Origin: Camelus ferus
Taxonomy: Eukaryota
Assembly (NCBI RefSeq): GCF_009834535.1
Contig: NC_045696.1
Span: forward strand, 24,244,001-24,308,000
Direction of reading: 5' to 3'
Length of the DNA: 64,000 nucleotides
The notes under the pieces were generated by a model. That model was not told the origin of the DNA and searched no databases. It was given only the letters and a program-made list of their open reading frames with translations. The position numbers and the translations under genes are program-made. Numbering within the stretch: position 1 is the first letter of the stretch; every line of letters begins with the position of its first letter. Shown here one piece after another: positions 22,971 to 35,580 of the stretch.

Positions 22971-25900
22971 GTAGGGTTGTAATCTGTTTTATTGTATTAC
23001 ATATTGTGACACTCCAGGAATATTTAACACGCGCTCTTTCTGTGGCACGTGCTATAAGTCTAAGTAAAGAAAAAAAAGGGAAATGAATGGAAAGTGTGCA
23101 AGAGCAGTGGGCTACAGCTTTGGTCCATGAGAGTTCATTCGAATAAGATAATTTTGCTGAAAGGGTCGCTGGGAACATAACCTGATTGATAACGAAACCC
23201 TATAAAGTGTTCTGAGGCACGAATCTGTTTCACTGCTTGAAACGTGTCAGGCAGAGATGAAATTCAAGCTAATATTGTAAGATTTTTAAGCACAAGATGA
23301 ATGGGAGAAGTCATGGAGGTAGTTATGGACTTAATTAGTTCAGGAAATGATTTTTAATTATTTTCCAGTACATTATGTTGTTAAAGGTCCTACATAATGT
23401 GATGCAGAGACCAGGAAAGAGATTTTCATTAAAAAAAAAAAAACAAAACAAAGAGGTGGCACTATACTGCCTTCAACTATATTAAAGAAATTAAGAAATA
23501 TGTTATTTACTTTATTCTTTAACTAGTTTCATTTGTATAAACATTGTACTGTTTGATTTGCTATGGGAAAGGAAATTGCAGTGTTTCTTCTAGTTTTTTT
23601 TCCCAATTTAATTCTGTGAATGGTTTTCAGTAGAGACTGCTAGCGTAAAATTTGGAATTGATTAATAGGAATTGAATAAATGTTTTAATATTTCACAAAA
23701 TGATTCGAAATATCTGTGATTGGAATTGGACCCCTGGCCATTTTCCGGCAGTCTCAAGATGCTATCGTGGCTGCACTCTTTAGGTTACGTGAAAATCTGT
23801 GCTGTGGGGGGAGAGGCGACATTCCTCTTATCTAAGTCTCTTGCCACATGTGAACTGCAAGTGCCCTCTGCCTCCTCTGTCTCCGTCCTGATCCTTCCGT
23901 TATAATCGGAGCACTTGATTTAGGAGAGAGAGGGAGCAGGATAGCTCACTGACAGAATTAAAGTTGTTTTCCATTGTTTACTTTTGTGTTCTTAAAACTA
24001 GTATGTAGCTTTACATTTGTTAGTTTACATTTGGCTTCTGTTTAAATGTGCGACCAATTGTTGTGTATGTACTAATTACACCTTGTGAAAACATTCTGAT
24101 ACAGAAGATTGGTATAATCAGAGGCCGTGGATATTGGTCTCAACTTATTCCCAGATACTTTTGTATGTGAATGGAGAAACATTTTTAAGCATTTGTTATA
24201 CAACAAGTACAATACCAAATTCTGACATACAATACTGATTAAAATTAACTATTTGAGGTCACGTTACCTGTTAAGGAAAAGGTATGTTTTCAAAGAAATA
24301 TTTAACTCAATGGCAAAATTAAGACTATTGAATATGTTTTCAATTGTGTATCAGCCATCAAAATTATTAGTACTGTGTTCTCATACATTTAATTTTGTGG
24401 GAGTTTTTTTTTAAATGTGAATCAAGAAAATGTAGAGGAAAAGTAAACCATAGAACTAAGAATCAGAATATTTCATTTTCCGGAATAAAATATGTTCTAA
24501 ACTTTTTCTAGTTTTTCTAGTTCTGATTTTAGTTTTTAATTTTGTCATAATTACTTTACAAACTTTGAAAATTTTGGAATCTTTCTCCCTTATAGAAGAA
24601 ATGTATGGAATGCATATATTTAGTATTTAATCAGCTTGGAATGGGAAGATAATGGAGGGAATGCCAAGTGGAGGAAATTTATGTTTATGTTTATGTTTTC
24701 TTTTCTTGTGATAGTTGTTGTTCTTTTTCTTTTTTGATGATGTGGGAGATTGTTATTTTCGAGACAAAAGCTGTATTCTTTCTTTGCCAAAATATCCACC
24801 ATGCTTAACACTCTACCTGGCAAATAGTACCTGCTCAATAAATTCTTGTTAAATGATTGAATAAAGAATATGCAGCCAGTCTCCCCTCCCCTCCTACACA
24901 CACACTTTGTTTTCACTCTTGTCTATTTACAGTTTCAACTGTTCTTATGATGGTAGTTTTTAGCATCCACTTCTCTTCTGAAAGCATTTCGGATAGTTGA
25001 AGGAACAGGAATTTAGTGTTTCAGAGCCAGCCTGGGAACCGTGCTTGCAAAACTACTTTCCAGTCAGAGTAGTTCGGTGACTGACTGTGCGTGCCTTAGA
25101 CTGCTCTTCCTCTGAACATAGACGAGCACGTGCAGACAAACATGCTGAGAGTTCTTCTTCACCTCAAATAAGCTCCATCCTCTTTCCTCATGTGCTGGCC
25201 TATTGTGATGTTGAATTTTTTAAAGCGGTGAAATCTGGCTAAGTACATTATGCTTATTAATCAATATCTAATTATTTTGGACAGCCAAGAAAACTGCATG
25301 GTAACGTTAGAGAGGTCTAGGTACGCTTAAATCTATGGAGAAAATAAATGTTTGGCTTTTATTATGACTATTAACTATTACTTTAAGTCATGAAATGAAA
25401 GTCATTCATGAGGACAACTTTAAATATTGTGGGTGATACCTCTCTAAGCTCAGTAAATGGAGCATATGTTTTTATTGTTAGGTGTTCAACATTAACGAGG
25501 CTTAGACCAGAGTTCTTGAGTGGTAGGAACCTTACAAATCAATTAATATAAAGAGTGTATTTAACAGACGAGAAAATTGGGCTTTAGACAGGTTGCTATT
25601 TGGTACTGTTACAAAACTACTTAGTAGCTGAGTTGGGGCTAAAATACAAATTGCCTAGCTTTATTAAGAGTGACCATTTTTTTATGTGATAGCAACTCTT
25701 TGCTTGATTTTATCTTTCTTAAATAATAACTGTTATGTTGATACTGGCTGAGTCTTATACCTATAGCCACAGTAAAGTTTAATTCATAACTAAATAGGTT
25801 ATCAATTAAAGCAAACTGACATTAAATCATTACAATACCATAAATCTTTATATATCATATAATCATTATGTATATTTATAATTATATAGTTTCAGTTTGC

Positions 25901-26689
25901 TCTAATTTACAATCTATTTGGTTATCAGTTATATACACACACCGGCATGCATGCTGTTATGGATTACTCCCTATGAGTGTCGATCCAGTGTACTCTTACA
26001 TCATAAAGAATGACAAAATATTACTTAAGAAAGATATTAAAAACTAAGAAAATGTATACAGTTATAGTATCTGTATTAGAACAATTTGTTAATAATACAA
26101 TCTCAAGTAAATACACTATAGTCTATTAATATTTAATATTTTATCGCAGTGCTTTCTTTAACAGTGTAGTCATGGCTAAGCAGATAAAGAGGGCAGCCAA
26201 CTGAGACCCTTGCTGGGTTGGGACCTCCAGGGAGGGGTACTAGCCATGCATGGCCTCCTTCAAACATAATTAAATGTTGAATTGCCAAATTCAAGAATTA
26301 TTCCAGTTCAGACTGGTCATGGAATGATTAGACTCCAAGGAGCGGAGTTAGGCTTTGCAAATAGGTCCCAGCAGTACGTGTCAGATGGGTATCCAAGTTA
26401 AAGACTGAGAGGGGCCATCCAACAATCAGCGCCTGGTAAGACTAGACTTGCCTTCATCCAGCTGGGCTGGCTTTATTTCCAGTGGAGAAATGAACAAGGA
26501 ACTAGAGACACTATCAGAATATGAAATTGACTGAACATGGGGGCAGTGGAGGTATGGTTTAGGGACTTGGCTGTCTCATGCTCAAGACTAAGTTTGCATG
26601 GAGTCTATAAGACATAGGGATGGCAGTAAACTGTTTCTAAACCTTTCCCTCCCATTAGCAGATTAAAGAAATAAATAAAACAAAACTTC

Positions 26690-26860
26690 ATACCCAGATT
26701 TTTGGTTCAACAGTTGGGCAGAACAAGGTTTGCACGCAAACTATTAAACCTCTCAAACTTCAGTTTGCCTGTTTTCAAAATGGGGTTATTGTAATATCAG
26801 CCTCTTTAGTTTATTATGAAGAGTAAATGAGAAGACACATGTCTAGTGCCTAGACAATTA
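26690..26860 (+). mobile_element. MIR SINE fragment
   Basis: ctattaaacctctcaaacttcagtttgcctgttttcaaaatggggtt...ttatgaagagtaaatgaga. Confidence 0.6.
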
Positions 26861-27849
26861 TATATATACATATATCTGATAATTATTTGTTTGTGGGTGC
26901 GTGTGTCTCAGTAGAAGACTGCCGTGCGCTCTGCAGATGTATGCTTTATACCACTGTTAATAACAGAGGACTTGACTAGGAAACCATAATATGATGTAGT
27001 GGAGCTGTTTGGGTATCTCAAATGAATGATATGGTCTTTTCATCCTCTATATGCAGCTTGGTGAAGCTGAGTCTAACCTTTAATTCCTGTTTTTTTACCT
27101 GTTAATTGAGTCTTAAATTTCAGCCTAAAAAAAAACATGGTCTGGAACTTTAATAATATGATTCCCTCTCACAAACTACATATACTTTGCTTGATCAGTT
27201 ATGTGATTTTTATTTATATTTATTAAAATATGTATCCAAAACTGTGCATAATTTTCAGTGACCACCTTTCTGTCTTAACAGTGCCACATGTCTAAGTGAG
27301 TCATAGATCTTACTTTAGAATTATAGTAAATAATTTGGAGAACCCAGAGCAGATGAGGTAAAGTTTAACTTATTTAAGTCTTAGCTAAAAAAGTTTAGCT
27401 TTCTTCAAGAGCCACTCATAATTTCTATCTAGACATTTCTTTTTTCCCTTTAATTATAGAAATTACTTAGCAATTAGAGACTTTTGTAAATCTTTATGAG
27501 ACTGGAGTCATCTGAGTTAACAGATATAAATGCCAAACAACAATTAACACAGTACTTTTCTCTGAATATTAGAAATTCCTTGTGATTTGATCTTAAATAA
27601 AAATTTCCTTTTTCATTAGATAGTACTTGTAACTTTAAATGAAGTAATTATTTCTTTTGATCTTTATAAGAGCATATTACTTAAATACCTGAAGGATTTC
27701 TTACAGTTATACCTTGTATCATCTTTACTTGGCTTACATGATAAATTTAAATAATTGTATATATATTTCCTATACTGCCAGTTGCTTCTCAGCATTGTTA
27801 TAGAATTAAATAGTCATAGAGAAACTAAGAATATATATAGACATCCACT

Positions 27850-28750
27850 TATTCTGCACAAATTGAGTGCATCAGACGTGCCTGTGGCAAATAGAATAAA
27901 ACTAGCCCTTGTCCTCATGGAACAATAATTACAGTGTTGTGGTAGAAGACAAACAATAAACAACTATAGGAAAAGCAAGCAAAAGAAAAAAGTTACAGAA
28001 TGAGAGAAGTCCCAAGACAGTTGATCTCCTGGGGGCTCTGGTAGGGAATAAATGGGGAGACCCATTTACATAAGGCCATTGGGAAAGGCTTGTCTTAGGA
28101 AGTGACATTTCAGCTGAGTAGAGAGAGACAGAGGAGCAGCCATAGGAAGAGGGACCTACACGTGCAGAGGCTGGAGGGCCAGAAAGACCTGTCTGTGCTG
28201 GGGTGGAAGGAAGTCTACGTAGAGTTCCTCGATCCAGTATAGTAGCCTTGAGCCACACGTGGCTTGTGCAAATTGATATGAGCTCTAAGTGTAAAATAAA
28301 ATACATGCCAATTTAGAAGACTTAGTATGACCAAAAAAGATGTAAAATATCTTAAGAATTTTATGTTGATTTCATATTGATACCATAATATTTTGGATAT
28401 ATTGGATTAAATAAAATATAGTCAAATTAATTTTATCTTTTTTTAAACTTAAAAAAATATGGCCACTAGAAAATTTAAAATTACATTTGTGGCTCTCATT
28501 TCATCTCTGCTGGACAGCACCTGACTAAAGTGTAATAAGTAAGGGACTAAATGACGTGAGATAAGATTGGTTAGATTCTCTGGAGCCAGATTATGCAGGG
28601 CCTTGTGGACCATAGAGAGGAATTCAGACTTTATTTGAAGTGAAGCAGGAAACCATTATGGGTTTTCAGTCAGAGGGATTTACCTTTTACAAAGAGCGTT
28701 GGCTCCAGTGTGGAGAATGTTTTGGAGAGTGGCCAGTTAGGAAGCTAATA
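27850..28750 (-). mobile_element. L2 fragment interrupted by MER33
   Basis: cccttgtcctcatggaac...ggaagtgacatttcagctgag on the left; ggagccagattatgcagggccttgtggaccat...ggccagttaggaagcta on the right. Confidence 0.7.
28228..28521 (-). mobile_element. MER33-like hAT-Charlie element
   Basis: tccagtatagtagccttgagccacacgtggct...gaagacttagtatga...aatattttggatatattgg...ccactagaaaatttaaaattacatttgtggctc...tggacagcac. Confidence 0.85.
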
Positions 28751-30519
28751 CAGGGGTGTACACACACACACACCGCTAAACCAGATATCACAACAGTTGT
28801 TGGGCAGTGTGAAATAAAAAATAGTCTCTCTAGTCATCAGTGAGCTTTCAGAATTATTTGATGGAATTTCTTAGGCAAGGGGTGCAGGCATTGGTGTAAG
28901 ATTTGCATGTATAGGAATTCTCTTTCCTCCATGGTCATGGAATATTAAAATTCTTACATAATTAATTTTCTGCCAGCCTCCCAGGACACTGTAATTCATG
29001 GAAAGAGTAGTACTTTAAAATCAATTTTAGCTTTAAAGATTTTCAAAAATTTTGACAAATCTGTAATATTTCTTAACATTTTGTAGTCAGGTAGTTATTT
29101 GATGATTCAGTAGAAGCTGTTGCTGTCACAGACCTCGCAGCCCTGTACAGCTACCATTTCAAGGGGCCTTGGGTCCCAAATTTGAGAAACCTCATCATGC
29201 TTCACAGCCTTTAACCCTCCCGCCTGTTCTCTATGGTCCAGCTGGTTCTCCCTCTCTTGTAAGTGAAGAAACTTGAGAGACTTAGAGAGTAATTAAGCAA
29301 GTTGCCAAGGTTATAGGGTAGTAAGTGACAGGCTCTAGGCTGAAACTTAGATCTTTCAGGTATATGTTGTGATTTCCTCTTATCTAAATGCTCCTTTTAT
29401 GCAGTGTGTGCGTATTTGTGTACGTGAATGAGAATTAGATCTGCCATGTTTTATTTAGCTCAGAAGCTGTACCACTGTTTAATTTGTATAAAATTGGAAT
29501 AGTTCTTAATCTTTGACTTTTTACTGTTACTTATACTACTCTGATGGTATGAGTTTTAGATTATTTTTCATATTGCCGAAGAAATGCAAGACGTGTCAGT
29601 ATAGTTTAGTTTGTTTTTTTTTCTGAATGGTTTTTGCTTTAGAGGGGAATTTACTTTAGAATCTGTTTCCACTTAGGAGTACTTAGGGGAAAATATACAC
29701 GATGCTGTGTGCTTTGCATGTCTTATTTCATTAAATCATTTTTACAGCCCTGTTAATTAGGTAACAGTATCCCCAGGATCTCAAAAAAGTTAATATCTGA
29801 ACTAAGATTCAAAACCTGAACTCTTAGCTTTAGTGTGTTACCCACTTCTTAGGTATCTTCGAAGTCCAGTTTGTCTTCACATTATCCCTGTTAGGACAGG
29901 ACACTGTCAACAATATTTTTCACTGTAAAAAGCAAAGATCATTTGAAAGTCAAGCAAAAATTTTTAAGATTTTTAAAAATCACATTTCTTTAGCAGAATT
30001 GAAATTGATTCATGCCTTATCACTGACAAGATTAATACTTTTCAATAAGCTAATAGTTTTACTTCCTCTAGTTAATGAAAATAAGAAAAACAAGAGCAGG
30101 TGGCACTCAAGGGACCTTGCTGTGCCACATAAAAATCTAGCAGTTTTCTTTTAATGGGATAGTGGAATCAACAGACATGTTGCGATTAAGCAGTGTCATA
30201 TAACTTAAAGTATCAAATCATAATAGAATATATATATTCTATATGTATAGTTCTAATTTAGATTGCAGATTCTGCTGGTTAGGAGTTAGAAATGCCAGAT
30301 TCTCGGTTTGTAGTAGTATTTTATAAAAAGTGGTTTAAAATACCTGAGTATTCAAAACATTTGCAGTGTATGTAGTACTACTTAACTTTGGTTTCCATTA
30401 TGCTGTTTGATTTTGGAAAGGGTAGATTTTGCCTAATTAGCATAAAATTAAAACAATTATATAAATTATAATTGATATCTACTAGAGATATGCAGCATAA
30501 AGAGGGAAGAAGTAAACTA

Positions 30520-30700
30520 GCATTTCTTGAGGACTTGCTGTATTGGATGTTTTGTATATGTTATTCAGTCTTCACAACTATCGTATTAGGTAAGTTGGAA
30601 TCACACACATTAAACTGAAGCTCAGGCGGATTTACCCAGAGTTACAGAGCAAGTGGATGGACCTCAGTGTTTTTATTTTTAAAGCTCTTCGTATCTTCTA
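30520..30700 (-). mobile_element. MIR SINE fragment
   Basis: tagcatttcttgaggacttgctgt...tcttcacaact...aaactgaagctcag...tttacccagagttacagag. Confidence 0.55.
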
Positions 30701-33700
30701 GAAATGAAAACTGGAAGGAATTTTTTACTATATAGATTGTTGGAAGATGTAAAAGAAGATATTACACAAGTGAGCTGTGGAAAAACTGACTCTCAGATTT
30801 TCTTCATCTTAAATCGTTGAGAATGGCAGCTAGTGGATTGGAGTGGTATCTAGTCCTGTGAGCAGCTAATACAGTACTGTAAAATCGTTTATGAAGGCAA
30901 GTTTCTCAGTCCTGATTTTTGTTTGTTTGGTTTTGTTCTCAATTTTAGTTGGTTACTTCCAGTCATCTTTTGTCCTCAGGCCCATCACTGATAACACACA
31001 GTGTTAACACTGCAAAATACAAAGACTACCCTCTGCAGTTGTATGAGTGCTTTTCCTGTTGGCATTCTTTGTAAATAACTAAAAACTGATTATGGAACAG
31101 AGAGTTTAAGAAGGTTTAACCATTTTTGTCCCTTCTCAGACATAATTTTACTAATGAGATTTGACTGGTATCATCTATCTGATGACCATTTTTCTTGATT
31201 ATGTAGTTAAAAGGAGAGATTCAGGGCACATTCTTACATTAGTTTTGTTCTAGTAGACAGGATTTTGTTCTTCCATTTTGCTGATTATACAGAACTCCAC
31301 CCAGCCCTTTTATTCTGGACGTGCATTCCAACCATTTCCACTTCACAGTGTTTATGCTACTGAAAAATATATTTAGAACAAAAATATTGCCAAATCTGGG
31401 GACTTTAAAAAATTATACTGTGGATGTATTTAGTAGACTGAAGAATTTTTTTTTCTCTGCTTTGCGTCACTCCTGAGTGGATGTACTTTTGTGGGGAGGT
31501 GAATGGAGGAGACACTTTACTTGATAAATTGTTAGTAATAATTTTGTAGCAAACTTATGTTTATAGTTAGACTTTTTGGGGAAACTTCTAAGTTTTTGAC
31601 TTGGAAACTTTGAATGATATTCTCTTCTGTAAATAAAATACAGAAACTTACAAACCATTCTATGAATATATCATAAACCACAAAACTCAACTCAAGCTGA
31701 ATTTCTAGGTTAAATTGTTTAATTGGTATACTTGCCTCTGTAATTTATTTCAAAATAGGCTGAATTACTTTAGAAAACATTGGTCAGAAAAGGGGAGGAA
31801 GTCTTAAAGGCAAAGCTGCCTTTCAATCCTGAATGTGATTTCCTACCATCGCAGATGTAAATGGACAATATTTTTAGTCATCTTTCCAGTGTATTTTGGC
31901 AAATCTTTGTCATATGCCTGGGCTCTAAGGATGCTGTAAGGAGGAAAGTAAATGGAACAATGAATATCATGTTTCCTCTGAATTTTTCTTTCTTGTAGAA
32001 GAGTATTCTTTATTCTGTTTACCTTTTGAAAATTTGGTATCATTTATGCAGGTATTTTTAGTTCCTTTTGATATCCATGAAATTGTCTCTAAAGCTGAAC
32101 TGCCAAAAATTTGGAGTGATACTTATAAAAAGTCTCCTTTTTGTGGGCAGGAGAGAAGATGAAAGAAGGCATTGTATTCTCTCGAGTGAGAGTACATACT
32201 TACCCCTGAAGGAGCATCAGTCCTGAATGATGGAGAAGAGAAAGAAGGGCAAAGCAACTATGTTTAGCAGGAATAAGAACATTCTCAAGAAGGACTTTAA
32301 AATAAGGAGCCAAAAGAACTAGAGCCGGGGAGATGCAGTAGAATCTTAGAGGGTCTCACTGAGCCTACTGCTCTTGAATGAGTAAAATGAGGCACAAAAA
32401 GATGGTAACATATGGTCATTTTTTCTCTCTTCGGTATCTCTCATAGCCTCAGAGTTCCGGGAGTTGGTCCGTAGGGGCAGATGACCTCCCTCAGGTCCGG
32501 TTGAAAGGAAGAAGCATGTTACATGCTATGCAGAAAGGAAGTGACTGAGGAGCAGTTGGAACACTGGAGCAGGGCAACCTTCTGCCTCTTTTTCTTGTTT
32601 ATTCCACCATGGAATAATTGTTATTTCTGATTCCTTCCTTTGGGCAGTTGTTGTTGAAACATTTGGTGCCAAGGCTGTTATCTAGGACCAGGAGCTGCCA
32701 AAGTTTATTTAAGAACCTGGAGACAGGTGGAAACCCAGTAGTTTACAGCAGCAAATGAAACAAAAGAAGCACCTGGAACCCTTAGGTAGAGCCTGGCCTT
32801 AGCTGACCCTGGGTAACCCTGCTTCCCACCCACCCAGCTTGACTAATGAACTTTGACTGCAGGCACTGTAAGAGGGCGATAATGCGTGCTGTTAGAAGCC
32901 TTGCCCATTTAGGGGCATATTTTGCTAGAGATAGTAGAGGTAGCTGAATCAAGATGCCCATTATGGGATATTTTCCTATTTGGCCCTCTGAGCAAGGACC
33001 ATCTGGTCTTTATTTCCTCACCAACTTCAACATAACCTTCAGCATAACACTTACCTTTGTGCTAGGTTCCACTTGAGAAATTCATTTTCCAGTCTGTTCA
33101 TTCATATAGCTTGAATACCAGCAGCTCCCTTAAGATTTTATCACCTTGGCTGTAGCTCCCTGGCATGGACCCTTACTCTCTTCTAATTAATAGGCACAGA
33201 ACCTAGGTTGTATATTAGGTAGGCAATCCCTCTAAGCTTGCCTTTCTTTCATCCATCCATTCTCAAGGCCTTGAACTTTACTCAGCTCATCTTCTAGGGC
33301 TTGGAAAGCCCTAGTCTGACCGGCTACTGGGCATTAATATTTGTATTATTAAGTATTAATAACATACCCTATACACATTTCCCAGCATAGGGAACATGGT
33401 CTTCACATCAGTATCGGGAGTCTTTGTAGTTCTGAATGCCAGCAGCATCATAAGTCAGGTAGAATTCATTTAAGTCTTGAGAATTAAAGGATGGAGAAAA
33501 GAATTGGGGAAAGTAAACATTTGAGAGGTTAGGAAGGGTGGAGGAAGCAGGAGGAAAGAAGGGACTGAAGGGGAAAAAAATACCTGCTTAACGACTGAGA
33601 CATCTCTTGACTGTTGCCCTTGGCTGGCCACTAGTGTCGTGAGCTGAACCCACGTGATGGTTGTGAATTTGACTCTGAGGTGTTAGGAAGTGCTCTTGAA

Positions 33701-35399
33701 TAATCCAGATATGTTGTCATCTTAGCAAAATTACAAAGTAGAGGAAGTCAGGAAACTGGACAAGGAAATAGGCCACTTGTGTTCTTTCATGGATCCTTTT
33801 TTAACTCAGCTGAGAGGAAGACCAATATTTTGCTTTACATTCCATGTGGGAAGAAAAATGAGTCTTCATTTCTTTTCTAGTAGCATGGTCTAAATGAACT
33901 GCTCTCATTTTTAATACAAGAAATGGTTTTTAACATCAGAAAATTTCACTCTCTTCTGCCCACATACACATATAGAATATATATATTCATGTAGATTCAG
34001 TAACTTCAGGCTACTTAGCTAATATGAAAATAAAGATTTATCTACTTTTAAATTTAATAGAGTAGAGGGAAAATGATAAAACAAATTAAACTGTAAAGTT
34101 CTTCAACATCAGTTAAGTTTCACACAACTGCAGGGATAACTTGATGAAAGGACGTATTCAGCCAGATGGCCTGTGCTGGCCTCCTTCCCATTCCTGCAAA
34201 AGATATGTTACTCACTCCCAGGGTAGCGCAGGGAAAGAGCTGATTATGGAATTAAAACAACCAATGTCCAATTAACCCCTGTTTTGGTCAATGTTTCCTA
34301 CACAGTTTGGATAATTGGCATACTTTAGTTCCATCAAGGGAAGCAGCTGGTTTATTGGTTATTTCAGGCTCCTGGGAATAAGATATCTGAAATTTTGGTA
34401 TCAGTGCTGCCCCTACAAACTCTAAGTATGACCTTGGACGTCTTATTTACCTCTCTGTGTCATTATCTTTCCCCATTTGAAAAGCAGAGATATGTGTTGA
34501 TCGTAGACCGCACGAGGTGGAGGTACTGTAGGAATAGTGAGGAAGGAGAGTGTAGCTATTTCCAGAGGTCTTTAAACCATGGGTTTATTGTCTTACATCG
34601 TGTTACTGCAGTACCTGAAGGATGCTGCAATTGCATAGGACCGAAGGCCACTCAGCAAAGCTCAGGTACAGGGAGACTTAGAGGCACGCAGCAGGCTCTT
34701 TGGGAATCCCTCTGTAGGAGGGTATTGCACTTCCTTGACACTGGAAACCATTTATCAACTCTCTTTACCTTTTTGCCTTCCTCATCTCTGCGTCTCTCCC
34801 TGCGCCTACTTCATTCTTTTCTCTCAGCATACTGACTCCTTTGTGTGCTAACCTGTAAAATGTGCCATCATTAAAGCAACCCCAATACGGAAAGTTTTCA
34901 GTCTCTTTGAATTACATATCCCAAGAGAGTAAATGAATTGGTCCAGTTTAGACATGTTGCTAGGGTGGTCCATTCCTCTGAGGCTAGTGGTCAGGAAACA
35001 GGTTCTTTATGAAAAAAGACTAGGGAAGGAAAAAATGATAGGTATGTATTACATGAAATTACTCTTTGGTTTAAGTAAACATGTCTTGCAGAGTTAAAAA
35101 TTAATTACCTAAGTTATTAAATTACAGATTCACAGTTTTTTGTTTTGGGGGTTTTTTGGGGGTTTTTGTTTTGGTTTGGTTTGGTTTTTCAGGTTATAAA
35201 TAGAATATACTCTAGCATTTAACAGACAATTTCAAGTGCCTCTAACCTGTTGGGCATGGAGATTCATATGTCATGGACAGTCCCAACTCATAAGGAGTTT
35301 TATGTGGGATGACTGGAAAGTGAAGAAGAATTTTATGAGAAAGCCCTCTGGTCTGATGCTCTGTCCACAAATAATAGAACAGTTAATGCTAATCTAATG

Positions 35400-35580
35400 C
35401 TTAGAAAATGCCAGGTATATTTCACTGAATACAACAGCTTGATGAAGTGGATACTATTATGATTCCTGTTTTAAGCTATAGAAACTTAGCCCCAGAATGG
35501 ACAGGTAACTTGGCCAGAGTCACCCACTGATGAATTACAGATCCAGGAATCCAAAGACTGTTCTCTTAACCACTGTGCTT
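35400..35580 (-). mobile_element. MIR SINE fragment
   Basis: tactattatgattcctgtttta...gaaacttagccccaga...gtaacttggccagagtcacc...tcttaaccactgtgct. Confidence 0.6.

Noticed and set aside
30095..30108. CTCF-like motifs here and near 23450, 58090 and 58958
   Set aside because: Two or three mismatches in the core; such matches are common and cannot be called without ChIP data.
32100..35000. Purine-rich, LTR-like stretches (also ~26160-26500, and a Charlie-like remnant at ~15250-15480)
   Set aside because: Probably very old repeat remnants, but I cannot assign family or boundaries reliably by eye.
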